Source: Nemertoderma westbladi
Lineage: Eukaryota > Animalia > Xenacoelomorpha
Assembly (NCBI GenBank): GCA_032718475.1
Contig: JAUCBJ010001555.1
Span: forward strand, 1-64,000
Reading direction: 5' to 3'
DNA: 64,000 nt
Shown here piece by piece: positions 40,648-50,838 of this stretch. The notes under the pieces are model-generated. The model had not been told where the DNA came from and did no database searches. It was given only the letters and a program-made list of their open reading frames with translations. Position 1 is the first letter of the stretch. Every line of letters begins with the position of its first letter. A program made the translations under genes and the position numbers.

Positions 40648-41497
40648 TGGTACTACGTACCTACTAACTCTAACTCTAACTAGGTACTACGTACCTACTA
40701 ACTCTAACTAACTATTGGTACTACGTACCTACTAACTCTAACTAACTATTGGTACTACGTACCCTCTAACTCTAACTAGGTACTACGTACCTAGTAACTC
40801 TCTAACTATCGGTACTACGTACCCTCTAACTCTAACTCTAACTAGGTACTACGTACCTACTAACTCTCTAACTATCGGTACTACGTACCCTCTAACTCTA
40901 ACTAACTATTGGTACTACGTACCCTCTAACTCTCTAACTATCGGTACTACGTACCCTCTAACTAACTAACTCTAGGTACTACGTACCTACTAACTAACTA
41001 ACTCTAGGTACTACGTACCTACTAACTCTCTAACTAACTCTAGGTACTACGTACCTACTAACTAACTAACTCTAGGTACCACGTACCTACTAACTAACTA
41101 ACTCTATTGGTACTACGTACCCTCTAACTCTCTAACTATCGGTACTACGTACCCTCTAACTAACTAACTCTAGGTACTACGTACCTACTAACTAACTAAC
41201 TCTAGGTACTACGTACCTACTAACTCTCTAACTAACTCTAGGTACTACGTACCTACTAACTAACTAACTCTAGGTACCACGTACGTACTAACTAACTAAC
41301 TCTAGGTACTACGTACCTACTAACTAACTAACTCTAGGTACTACGTACCTACTAACTAACTAACTCTAGGTACTACGTACCTACTAACTAACTAACTCTA
41401 GGTACTACGTACCTACTAACTAACTAACTCTAGGTACTACGTACCTACTAACTAACTAACTCTGGGTACTACGTACCTACTAACTAACTAACTAACT
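40648..41497. repeat. Variable ~30-35-bp tandem array (GGTACTACGTACC-TACTAACTAACTAACTCTA) inside the BEL element
   Basis: About 26 copies between the integrase stop and the cargo ORF; quasi-palindromic core GGTAC-TAC-GTACC. Confidence 0.9.
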
Positions 41498-41618
41498 GTG
41501 TATCTACTATTATTTTTATTTTATTTTTATTTTTATTTGTGTGGGAAGGGCGTCTCGCCCTCAATCCCACCCCCCTCAGTCCAAAACTTGGACGACTAAA
41601 CTTCACTCTAACTCCGCT

Positions 41619-43160
41619 TTAAGGTGCCCCTTCTAGAAGACAGCATTTACCTACCGCTCTCCTGTAGGTTTTTCTGTCCTTCGCACCTATCTTTCCACCT
41701 ATCCGCACTTCTACCGATCGGACTCTTCCGTCCTCGTCGGAGTAGGTGCCTACAACTCTCGCCAACCGCCATTGGTTGTTGATGATAGTATCATCCGTGA
41801 CGATTACGAGATCTCCCTCTCTTAACTCCCTGTTTGGCTTCCTCCACTTGCTTCGCTTATGGAGCGTGGGTAGGTATTCTTCTACCCACCTCCTCCAATA
41901 CTCTGCGCTAATTGCTTTAGCTACTTTCCAACTTTGGCGGGAGTGTATATCATCTGGGTCTACACCCCGCATATCGATGGTCGCTGGCCTTTCCATCAGA
42001 AAATGGCTAGGCGTCAACACGTCTAATGACTCAGGGTCATCATTCTCCGGATATAGCGGTCTGCTATTAATGATCCCCTCGCACTTCGCAAGTACTGTTC
42101 GTAAAACGTCCTCAGTGACCATGTGGGTGTTCATTAACTTCGTCATTAGACGCTTTGAACTGCCCACCAATCTCTCGACGCATCCTAGTGTATGTGGTGC
42201 ATACGGCGTCCTTCTCTCCCACTTTACTTGTCGTCTTCTCATGGCCGCCCTGACTTCTTCTCCTTCTAAGATGTCCAAGGCCTCTGCCATCTCACTCTCT
42301 GCGCCCACAAAGTTGGTGCCGTTGTCGCTGTATATCACTGCGATCGTCCCACCTTTGCGGTCCCTAAACCTTTCTAAGGCGTTAATGAATGCTGATGCGG
42401 TTGCATCTTGGGCGAGTTCTATCCCTACCGCCCGCGTATTGTTGCATACGAAGATAATACCGTAGCGTTTCTCCGTGTGTCGCATCACCTTGATCTTTAT
42501 CGGCCCGAACATGTCCACACCGCAATGCGTAAATGGCGGGTCGTGCTGTCTTACCCTACTCGCCGGTAGTGGCGCCATCTCCTGTACGGCTCGTTCCTTC
42601 TTCGCTCGTCGGCAGGTCTGGCACTGCCCCACTACCGCTTTAACCTTCTTCCTTAGTTGTTTGACCCAATAGGTCCTCCTTATCTCTGTGAGGGTTCGGT
42701 TGGTGCCCCCATGCAGTATCGATTTGTGGGAGTCCCATATGATCTGGTGGACTATAGGCGATCCTGTGGGAATGATGATGGGTTTCGGTGGCACGACTAT
42801 ACTGTTGTTATATCCCACCCTAGAATTCATTACTAGAATCCCATCCTCGTTGAGTTGTGGCGACAGCGTGATCAACTCGCTATCCCGTCGGAGGTGCTGT
42901 TGGTTACCGACGCGTTCCACCTCGTCGCCGTAGTTCTTGCGTTGTTCATAGCGGATCACTGCCTTGGCCGCTCCTTCCAGATCTATGGTTGTCCTGGTCT
43001 TCTTGTCCTTGCCGACTCCCGCAAGGAAATTCCCAAAGGCTCTCCAGTACGCCACTAGTTTCTTGGTCTTATACCAACTAGAACTGTAGCTGAGGAGTTT
43101 ATCCGTCGGGTTATCGCACAGTTCCCTTCCTGGTTGCACGTCCCTAATCTCCCTCACCAT
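41619..43160 (-). CDS. BEL integrase (HHCC, DDE, C-terminal domain)
   Basis: H-x4-H...C-x2-C; GVDMFGP, SDNGTNF, CVERL; INSRPL, LTPSHFL, YWRRWVEEYL..L..R.KW. Confidence 0.92.
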   Translation of the reverse strand: MVREIRDVQPGRELCDNPTDKLLSYSSSWYKTKKLVAYWRAFGNFLAGVGKDKKTRTTIDLEGAAKAVIRYEQRKNYGDEVERVGNQQHLRRDSELITLSPQLNEDGILVMNSRVGYNNSIVVPPKPIIIPTGSPIVHQIIWDSHKSILHGGTNRTLTEIRRTYWVKQLRKKVKAVVGQCQTCRRAKKERAVQEMAPLPASRVRQHDPPFTHCGVDMFGPIKIKVMRHTEKRYGIIFVCNNTRAVGIELAQDATASAFINALERFRDRKGGTIAVIYSDNGTNFVGAESEMAEALDILEGEEVRAAMRRRQVKWERRTPYAPHTLGCVERLVGSSKRLMTKLMNTHMVTEDVLRTVLAKCEGIINSRPLYPENDDPESLDVLTPSHFLMERPATIDMRGVDPDDIHSRQSWKVAKAISAEYWRRWVEEYLPTLHKRSKWRKPNRELREGDLVIVTDDTIINNQWRLARVVGTYSDEDGRVRSVEVRIGGKIGAKDRKTYRRAVGKCCLLEGAP

Positions 43161-46137
43161 CTGGGAGTATATCTCTTCTCCCTCTGAATCTCCCTTCTCC
43201 TTCTGATACTGGTTCCGAGCCCGGGTCCACCTTCCTCATCGGCGGCCAGGCCTCTCTATCGCTCAGAAATTGTGGCCCATGTTGCCACAATACTTCCTTC
43301 TTCAGGAAAGTGTGGCGTTCCACGCCCCTCGACAGCAAGTCCGCTGGGTTCTCATCTGTTGGGCAGTAGTGCCACCTTTCCAGTTCTGTGCTCGCCCTTA
43401 TTTCGTCCACTCTATTCGCGACGAATATCGGGTATCTCGTCTTTTCGTTGTGTAGCCAACCAAGCACTACCATGGAGTCCGTCCAGTAGTGTGTCTCCAC
43501 TATGTTGGGAATTGTATCCACTAGGTAGGCTGTGGCTCTAACTCCTAGTCTCGCAGCTGTCAATTCTAACTTGGGAACAGATGCTGAATCTGGCGGCGTT
43601 GACTTAGCTTTGCTAAAGGCTAGTCTGGGCTTGTGAGGCCCCTCTCGTTGTACTAAATAGAGTGCCGCTCCGTATGCCTCTAACGACGCGTCGGAGAACA
43701 TATGTAAGTCCAGATTCGTCATGTTCCCGTCCGGAAAATACACTCGCGGCATGTTGTATGTTCCCATCCTCTCCAAGTCTCCTGTCCATTTGCTCCACTG
43801 TTTCTTGATGTCCTCTGGTACCTCTACATCCCACTCATCCTTCAATTTATATACTCTCTTGAGTATCTGTTTCCCCGTGACTAGTAGTGGGGATGCTAGG
43901 CCTAGGGGATCGTATATCCTTGCTATATACGATACATAACCCCTCTTCGTATGGGTGTCTGCGCCCTCCTGGCTCAGCTGATACTTCAGTTCGTCTGTTT
44001 TCCTATCCCACACGATTCCCAATGCCTTCTGCTGGGATTCCGTTCTCTTAATCGCCATGTCCTGTCCTTTGGCTGTTGTAGGGTTGTCCATGGTCGATTC
44101 TGGTTTCTTGTCTTCTATTTCCTTGATAAATTCTTCTGAACTGGATTGGAATTTGGTCAGGTTGAAGCCGGATCCTTTCAGGATGTCGCGAACCTCGCGC
44201 CCTGTTTCCAGTATCTCCTCAACCGTATTTCCAGACTCCATACCGTCGTCTACGTAGAAGCCGCGTCTGATCATATCGACGGCCCTACTGCTGTATCTAT
44301 CTTCCTTCCCCTTTACCGTGTCTCTCACTGCCATAGTCGTCGTAAATGAGGACGACTTGGCCCCCATATTTTGTACTACCATCTTATACGCTGGTATTAC
44401 CGGCGGTTCTTCTTCGCCGTTATACCATAAGAAGCGTTGACTGTCACTATCTTCTTCCGTTACACGTACCTGGTTGAACATGCCTTCTATGTCACACGTG
44501 AAGGCGTGTTTCCCGTTTCGAAACCTAAGTAACACCTCTATGCCCGAATTGTAAATATTTGGGCCTTCCAACAGGTAATCGTTTAAGCATTTTCCGTCGG
44601 TCTTTGCCGATGCATCGACTACCATCCTCAGTTTACCTTTCTTTGGGTCTAATGCTACGTGGAGTGGCAGGTAGTATGTCCTGTCCGTATTCGGCTCGTC
44701 GACCGGTAACTCCACGGCCCATCCTTTCTCGACGTACTTCTTAATGGTTTTGTGAATGTACTCGTTCTTCTCGGGGCTCCGTTTTAGTGTTTGTTTCAGC
44801 TTGCGGAGTCTCGTGAGTACCATCCCTCTATTATCGGGTAGCGGTATCTTCGGTAGTTTCCATACCATTCCTATTGTATACCGCCCCTCATCACACGTCA
44901 TCGATTCCTCCACGCTTTGTAGAGCCTGTTTGTCTTCTACCGAGGTCCCGACCCCGGTCTCTTTCAGTCCCTCAAAGTCTTGCCTGAGCAGTCTTTTAAG
45001 CTGCTCCTCTGCTCCCTCATCACCCATTTCCTGCATTGTTCCCGCGAACATGCATCCTGATGTCTCCGACATCCTGAATGGTATCTTGCTCTTAATTGGA
45101 CCACTCAGCGTCCACCCGAATGGCGTTAGTATAGCCACCGGGTCGCTCTGCTTGTCTTCGCCGAAGACCGTTTGCATTCTTTCGTGGGCCGTCGGGCAGT
45201 CCATTCCTACTATGATGGATACCTTCCTAACGTCCACGTCTGGGATCGAGAAGTCAATGTCGTCCAGGAATTTGTATTGCTCGACCTCGATGTTGGTTGG
45301 CCGCCTGGCATTGATGTTAATTGACTCTATTACTTGGATGGGGTCGATGGTTGCCCCATAATCGCATCCTGGTGCTACTGCTGCAATTGCGCACCGTCCT
45401 GTCCTCATCTCTAGGATCTCATCTTTGCTAGAGATGGTTGTTACCGCCATCCTGCTTGGCCTTGTTCTCAATCCTATTTCTTCGGCTACCCATTCCTCTA
45501 CTAATGTGAAGGCAGCTCCGCTATCAACCAGCATCAGTGTTGTTACTGATCGATTGCCTTCCCCGATCACTCGTACTGGTACTACTCCAAGTAGCACTGT
45601 TCCTCTCTTCTTCGCCCCTACTGTGCTCGTTGCCATCGTCTGGCCTCTCCTTTGGCCAAACTTGACCGGCTTCTCTTGGCATTCCCTGGCCTTGTGTCCA
45701 CTCTTCACACATCGCGAGCAGATTTTATTGCTCGACGCGTAATCTATCTGGTCTTGCCTCGGTAGCGCCTGCCAGTACCTGCAGTTCATGGTTTTATGAA
45801 GCGCATTTGCGTGTAACTGGCATTTGCTCTTTGGGTCGTAGCCCTCTTTATACAATGCATTGCGTATCGCAGTTATGTTTGTACCAAAGTCCCTACTATT
45901 CTTATTGACTGGATTTGGCCTACTGGACGTACTGGGGTTATGTTTATTCATGTTGTTATTGTTCCCCTGTCCGTCCCTTGATGTTGTCTTATCTTCGTTT
46001 GTCTGTGGACTTGCAGTCCCCTGCGTCGCTGCATATGGCAATGATTGCCTGAGTCTCGGTAATGCGTTCGATGTGTTGTGCTCTGGTTTGGGCCTGTGGT
46101 GAGTCTGTCTTTGGTCCCTTTCCCAGGCTGTCTTCAC
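43144..46137 (-). CDS. BEL gag zinc knuckles, protease, RT and RNase H
   Basis: CSRCVKSGHKAREC, LVDSGA, YYLPLH, KLRMVVDAS, DIEGMFNQ, FYVDD, YDPLG, FSDAS, KLEL.AA, WTDS, NPAD..SRG. Confidence 0.92.
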   Translation of the reverse strand: MKTAWERDQRQTHHRPKPEHNTSNALPRLRQSLPYAATQGTASPQTNEDKTTSRDGQGNNNNMNKHNPSTSSRPNPVNKNSRDFGTNITAIRNALYKEGYDPKSKCQLHANALHKTMNCRYWQALPRQDQIDYASSNKICSRCVKSGHKARECQEKPVKFGQRRGQTMATSTVGAKKRGTVLLGVVPVRVIGEGNRSVTTLMLVDSGAAFTLVEEWVAEEIGLRTRPSRMAVTTISSKDEILEMRTGRCAIAAVAPGCDYGATIDPIQVIESININARRPTNIEVEQYKFLDDIDFSIPDVDVRKVSIIVGMDCPTAHERMQTVFGEDKQSDPVAILTPFGWTLSGPIKSKIPFRMSETSGCMFAGTMQEMGDEGAEEQLKRLLRQDFEGLKETGVGTSVEDKQALQSVEESMTCDEGRYTIGMVWKLPKIPLPDNRGMVLTRLRKLKQTLKRSPEKNEYIHKTIKKYVEKGWAVELPVDEPNTDRTYYLPLHVALDPKKGKLRMVVDASAKTDGKCLNDYLLEGPNIYNSGIEVLLRFRNGKHAFTCDIEGMFNQVRVTEEDSDSQRFLWYNGEEEPPVIPAYKMVVQNMGAKSSSFTTTMAVRDTVKGKEDRYSSRAVDMIRRGFYVDDGMESGNTVEEILETGREVRDILKGSGFNLTKFQSSSEEFIKEIEDKKPESTMDNPTTAKGQDMAIKRTESQQKALGIVWDRKTDELKYQLSQEGADTHTKRGYVSYIARIYDPLGLASPLLVTGKQILKRVYKLKDEWDVEVPEDIKKQWSKWTGDLERMGTYNMPRVYFPDGNMTNLDLHMFSDASLEAYGAALYLVQREGPHKPRLAFSKAKSTPPDSASVPKLELTAARLGVRATAYLVDTIPNIVETHYWTDSMVVLGWLHNEKTRYPIFVANRVDEIRASTELERWHYCPTDENPADLLSRGVERHTFLKKEVLWQHGPQFLSDREAWPPMRKVDPGSEPVSEGEGRFRGRRDILPDGEGD

Positions 46138-47887
46138 TATAGACTGGGTCCGTTATTAGTTCAGCCTCGTAATTTAAGAAGTTTGACATTTCTTCTAAAC
46201 CTGGTTCCGCACCCTTCTTGTCTCGGGTGGAGAAAGCGATCTTCCTCCATTTGTTGCGCAGCCAGCTCGGTAGTGCCTGCGCTATCGTGGTGATGTTATT
46301 GGACGCGTTGAGCTCGTATGGCGCGTCTAGCGTCTTCAGCACGATCAGCGCCTTCTCGACTTTGTTAGCAAACGTCTTAATGCTAACGGGATTATCCTGT
46401 AGGCCACCCGATGTTATGCCTCTCAGCGTTTGCCTGATGATCTTGGCCGGGTGCCCGTATTCCCTATCCAGTGCCCGCCATGCTGTCGTGAAGCCGCCCT
46501 CTATTCCCTGATATTGCCTCACGATGTCGTATGCTGGGCCTCCCGTGTACACTTGTAGATACTTTAGGCACTCCGCCTGCGTCAAGTTTTTTGTTAGTAT
46601 TTCGTTACTATACATTCGCCGAAACTGTAAGTATTCTTCCGGCCTGCTCCCATCGAATTTGAACGGTTCCACGGGTGGTAATTCGATCCTCGTTTTCAAC
46701 GCATCGATCAACGTGGCCATCCCCATTGCCTGCGCTTCTAATGGATTCGACGGGTGCTGTATAGTTTCCCCTGTCTGGTGCGGTTCGTCCGTCCTATTTC
46801 TTGATCTTCTCTGACTCGGATATGTCATCGGGGGTAGCGGCCCCCTCCATATGTCTGTATCACACGACCTGTTTTCATCTAGGGGTCTCGTTGTTCTTGT
46901 TCCTGTCGGGGTATATTGTTGATATTGTGATGGGGGAATGTCACCCTGTCCCCCCCCCCCCACCGGTATGTCTGGTACTGGGGTTGATGTTAATATGTTG
47001 GGGCCCATACACCTATCCGCAATAATTCCCCCCTCCCCTGGGTATATGTTATGTCCCTGCATGCTGTAGTCATACTGCTGTGCTGGTACCGGTATAGGCC
47101 TATCAGCTTCTGGCCTACTCGCCGGTATGTATTCCGCGACTTCCGGGTTTAATCCCGTTGTCCGCGCTATCCTATCGCCTACATTGCCTCTCTCAGTATG
47201 GCCTACGGTATGTGCAGTAAGACCTACAGTATGCCCTACAGTCTGCATGTGTTGCTCGGGATCGAAGTTTATTCTTCTCGAATAATCCTCCCCGCGGCTA
47301 CCGTATTCTCGATCGGTAGGTATATTCCGTCGGAAAGTTTCTCTTCGACCCCCCTCTCCACTGTTTTCATCTTCGTACCGGTACATCGCGTACCCCTCTC
47401 TCGGCGTGTAATGCGTCTCACCGGATCGCATCCCTCCGGGGCGACGGCAATCTCCCGGAGTCCGACCCCACTGACTCTCCGTTCTCATCTCGACTACCGA
47501 CGGCTCGCTGTCCGTCCTCGCTCTTCTATCGTTTGCGGCGATACTTCTACTACTGTCTTCCTCTCTTCTCCTATCAGTGGAATATTCCCGCTCACGAGAT
47601 CTCTCGTCGACCTCCCGGTTAAACCCCACTGTTCTTCTTTCCTCCTCTGATCGGGCTCGATGCTCCGTCTGCCCTCCCGCGACGTCAACCTGTCTTTCTC
47701 TGCTCGATCGCACGTCGCTGGGGATACTCGCAATCCCCCTATTACTTTCCGTCGCCGGTTGTTGCGGTTTACCTTGTTCGGCCCTCGCATTGTCCGCTGA
47801 CGGCTGTGGGACACTCTCTGCCCCCCCCCCCCCCCTCTCGCCGCTAACTCTCTGTTGTGGGGCCCTTGTAGCCCCCCCCCCCCCCAC
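45989..47887 (-). CDS. BEL gag capsid-like region
   Basis: LPPVEPFKFDGSRPEEYLQF...LKYL...A...L.REYG motif typical of BEL/Pao gag. Confidence 0.8.
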   Translation of the reverse strand: MGGGGATRAPQQRVSGERGGGGAESVPQPSADNARAEQGKPQQPATESNRGIASIPSDVRSSRERQVDVAGGQTEHRARSEEERRTVGFNREVDERSREREYSTDRRREEDSSRSIAANDRRARTDSEPSVVEMRTESQWGRTPGDCRRPGGMRSGETHYTPREGYAMYRYEDENSGEGGRRETFRRNIPTDREYGSRGEDYSRRINFDPEQHMQTVGHTVGLTAHTVGHTERGNVGDRIARTTGLNPEVAEYIPASRPEADRPIPVPAQQYDYSMQGHNIYPGEGGIIADRCMGPNILTSTPVPDIPVGGGGQGDIPPSQYQQYTPTGTRTTRPLDENRSCDTDIWRGPLPPMTYPSQRRSRNRTDEPHQTGETIQHPSNPLEAQAMGMATLIDALKTRIELPPVEPFKFDGSRPEEYLQFRRMYSNEILTKNLTQAECLKYLQVYTGGPAYDIVRQYQGIEGGFTTAWRALDREYGHPAKIIRQTLRGITSGGLQDNPVSIKTFANKVEKALIVLKTLDAPYELNASNNITTIAQALPSWLRNKWRKIAFSTRDKKGAEPGLEEMSNFLNYEAELITDPVYSEDSLGKGPKTDSPQAQTRAQHIERITETQAIIAICSDAGDCKSTDKRR

Positions 47888-48292
47888 CCGCTACATTCTA
47901 CTTCGCTACCTCTCGCCCCGCTACTATATATCTCTCTAGTCGACACATCAACCCTACCACAGTCGGGTCTGTTCACCCCCGCCTCTCCCTCTGCTATTGC
48001 GTGGCCTTCCAGGCCCTCTACTCCCTGCCTACCAACTACGCGGCCTACCAGGCCCTCTGCTCCCTGTCTACTAACTACGTGGCCTACCAGGCCCTCTGCT
48101 CCCTGTCTACTAACTACGTGGCCTACCAGGCCCTCTGCTCCCTGTCTACGTAGGCCCGACGTGTTTACATTAATAGCACCCATATTGGAAACGGAATTAA
48201 TTTGCTCATTTGAAACAAAATTATTTGTATTATTCTGCGCGACTACGTTATCTGAATTATTTTGTAAATTCGGGCTAAGATCATTATTTGAA

Positions 48293-50221
48293 TTATTCGA
48301 ATTTTATTTTGCAGTTATTTTGTAGGTCTGAATTCGAGTTATTATTTTGATTATTTGAATTATTTTGCGTAACTACATCAATATTAGGATTATTTTCTAC
48401 ATTAACACTGGGATTGTTCTGATTTAAATTTAAATTACTACCACTAGGCAAAGTATTTCCTGCAATAAAGGTTTGATTAGTGTTATCCCATACGGTACTA
48501 TTAATATCAACAACGTCTACAGTACCAATATTATTATTACCCCCCCCGCTCGTACGGTCGCACCAGTCTTGAGTCTGTCGTGCGGTCCCTGTCAGTGGGG
48601 TATTAATAAATGTTTCTACGGCCCCCGGCTCCCTAAAAATACCCGAGCCGGCCCCGCTTTCAGACGGCGCTTTTTGCACGAGTTGCAACTCGTGCGCCCG
48701 TTTAATCTCATCTCCCGCAGACTCACTCTGTTGTCTCTCTATTTTCTTGTTTTCTCCCTCAGTCTCTGCCACTCTTCTCTCACGCTCCCGGGTGTCCCTA
48801 ATGGCCGACTCTGCAGCACTCTTAATACTCTCCCTTCGTCTCACTTCGCGCTCCTTACGTTCCTTTTCCTCTCTCGCCTCACGCTCCTTGCGTTCCGCCT
48901 CACGCTCCTTGCGTTCCCTTTCCTCCCTTGCCTCACGCTCCTTGCGTTCCCCTTCCTCTCTCGCCTCACGCTCCTTGCGTTCCTTTTCCATTCTCGCCTC
49001 ACGCTCCTTGCGTTCCGCCTCACGCTCCTTGCGTTCCCTTTCCTCCCTTGCCTCACGCTCCTTGCGCCCCCTTTCCTCTCTCGCCTCACGCTCCCTACAC
49101 TCCCTTTCCTCTATCTCATCATACTCCCTTAGGCTTTTCAAAGCCCTTTCGGCCCTCTCTCTTGTTTCTTTAAGCAATGCCGTTTCCCTCTCTAACCGCA
49201 CTCTCCCTTCCTCTAGCCGTTCCTTCATTTCTCTATGATCTTTCGCTGCCATGCTGAGACGATATTCGGCACCTATCTCTCTCACCGCTCTTCCTTTCGC
49301 GGAGGATGTAACAGACTTATCGGTTACGACGGATTTCCCCCGCCTTCCCGACCTACTGATTTCCCCCCGCTTCCCGGAGCTTTCTCCGACCGACGAGGCC
49401 GAATCCTCGGGGTTAACCTCGGATTCGCCCCCTTCGGGTTCCCTCCAGCCTACTGGTTTTACTCCCCGGGCATCGACCAAGTATGGCCCTATGTACACTG
49501 ACGCTACACTAGGTTCCATACTCCCACACTCCCATAGTTCAAACAGTTCCCCGGCAATCCCGTGTGCTCTCGTTTCGGCTAGTTCTCTTTGCCCAAAACG
49601 TATTAGGTAATTTATGTGTCTATCCGACTCACCTAGTCGCTTTCTCAGTCTCACCTCGTCTACCTTCGCCCCTTCCTTCTTGGCGTCCTTTATCATCCTT
49701 CGGGTCGCGTTGTAGGCCCGTCGAAGTCGCTCTGATACCCCGACGTCCTCGTCGCCGACCTCTCCTCCGGCCCTCCGGGTTCGACGTCGTACCGGCGGCT
49801 CCACCGTCGCCGTTCCGGTGGGCCGTCCGTCGCCCTCGGCCTGTTGCTGGCCGGCGACATCGGTACCAATCTCTCCTCCGTCTCTTCGCGTCCGGCGTCG
49901 TACCGTCGGCCCCACCGTCGCCGTTTCGGTGGGCCGCTCGTCGCCCTCGGCCGGTAGCTGGCCGGCGACATCGGCGCGCCGTTCTCCGTCTCGTGTCGAC
50001 TCGTCTCTTTCTCCCTCGACCTCGTTCTCTCTATCCTCCGGCTCGAGTCCCTCTCCTCTCAACTCGGATTCTGATTCCAGACGGTCCCCCTCATCTTGGA
50101 CTTCCGGGTCACCCGTTACCGATCGCTCCGGCGTCGTGGGCCTATACCGCCTGGTCGCGGCCTCGCGGATCGTTTGATCTTCGTCCGGGGTCCGCGTCGG
50201 TGTCTCGCCCGATTCACTCAT
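48293..50221 (-). CDS. BEL gag N-terminal extension (charged coiled coil with internal repeats); continues via frameshift into 47494-48183
   Basis: Starts 80 nt inside the 5' LTR boundary; (ERKEREAR)n repeats; VNPEDSASSVG motif common in LTR-element gag N-termini. Confidence 0.65.
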   Translation of the reverse strand: MSESGETPTRTPDEDQTIREAATRRYRPTTPERSVTGDPEVQDEGDRLESESELRGEGLEPEDRENEVEGERDESTRDGERRADVAGQLPAEGDERPTETATVGPTVRRRTRRDGGEIGTDVAGQQQAEGDGRPTGTATVEPPVRRRTRRAGGEVGDEDVGVSERLRRAYNATRRMIKDAKKEGAKVDEVRLRKRLGESDRHINYLIRFGQRELAETRAHGIAGELFELWECGSMEPSVASVYIGPYLVDARGVKPVGWREPEGGESEVNPEDSASSVGESSGKRGEISRSGRRGKSVVTDKSVTSSAKGRAVREIGAEYRLSMAAKDHREMKERLEEGRVRLERETALLKETRERAERALKSLREYDEIEERECREREAREERGRKEREAREERERKEREAERKEREARMEKERKEREAREEGERKEREAREERERKEREAERKEREAREEKERKEREVRRRESIKSAAESAIRDTRERERRVAETEGENKKIERQQSESAGDEIKRAHELQLVQKAPSESGAGSGIFREPGAVETFINTPLTGTARQTQDWCDRTSGGGNNNIGTVDVVDINSTVWDNTNQTFIAGNTLPSGSNLNLNQNNPSVNVENNPNIDVVTQNNSNNQNNNSNSDLQNNCKIKFE

Positions 50222-50300
50222 CTCGTTTGTGGCTGATGATTCGGCTAGCTAGGTTACAGTTCTTGATGTTCAACTAGGGCGGCAGCTCGGATTTAGTTAC

Positions 50301-50838
50301 TGTGACGGGATCCAGGAGGGATCCCGATTTATCCGATGTGGTATTTAGTCCACGCGTCCCCGCCGTGTATAAGAGTGGAATAAAGATAACTGAGTTCTGA
50401 AGTTCGGTGTATAATAATAGGTTATAGGATATAGATATATTGTGAATTATACGGTAGGCGGGATACGGTAACTAAAGTCCCGTGATCCCCTAACTAAACT
50501 AATTGACTGTACCCTACGCTAGCACTGCTGCACTGAGATAACTGAATCACTGATTAATAGGTTATTGGTTATATTGCACGGTGGCCTTACTGCTACTCAA
50601 TCGATGCCATTCCCCCCTCTGATTGGTTAATACCCTTGTTGGCGCCCCGTGGAGTATTCCCGTTCACTCCACCTATTTCCTCTGGGTTAGGGGTTTGGCC
50701 CCTGACCCTCTATTGTGTGCTTCCTTCCCACTCTTATTGGGATGGCACGAGTTGGTTAATTGCCCAATCTCGTGGCTCCCAATATTGCTTATCGGCTTAC
50801 AACTTTATGGGGTGTTGGCGGGATTGAATAAGCTAACA
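50301..50838 (-). repeat. BEL 5' LTR (538 bp)
   Basis: Direct repeat of 33631-34168. Confidence 0.95.
50540..50575 (-). promoter_or_regulatory. Putative LTR core promoter: TATAA about 30 nt upstream of a TCAGTT initiator (predicted TSS ~50543)
   Basis: Minus strand reads AATATAA (50575-50569) and TCAGTT (50545-50540) at canonical TATA-Inr spacing. Confidence 0.5.

Larger units (their letters stand above)
33631..50838 (-). mobile_element. Full-length BEL/Pao LTR retrotransposon with cargo ORF and nested Gypsy
   Basis: 538-bp TG...CA LTRs (one mismatch seen), 5-bp TSD ATTAT at 33626-33630 and 50839-50843, PPT (minus-strand GGGGGGGAG) next to the left LTR, gag-PR-RT-RH-IN order with BEL motifs. 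Confidence 0.95.

Noticed and set aside
46110-46130. G GGA AAG as a programmed -1 frameshift between BEL gag and pol
   Set aside because: The downstream ORF is in the +1 frame, and BEL elements normally have a single ORF; an indel is more likely.
35138-50277. Many antisense and overlapping ORFs inside the LTR elements
   Set aside because: Expected shadows of GC-rich coding sequence.
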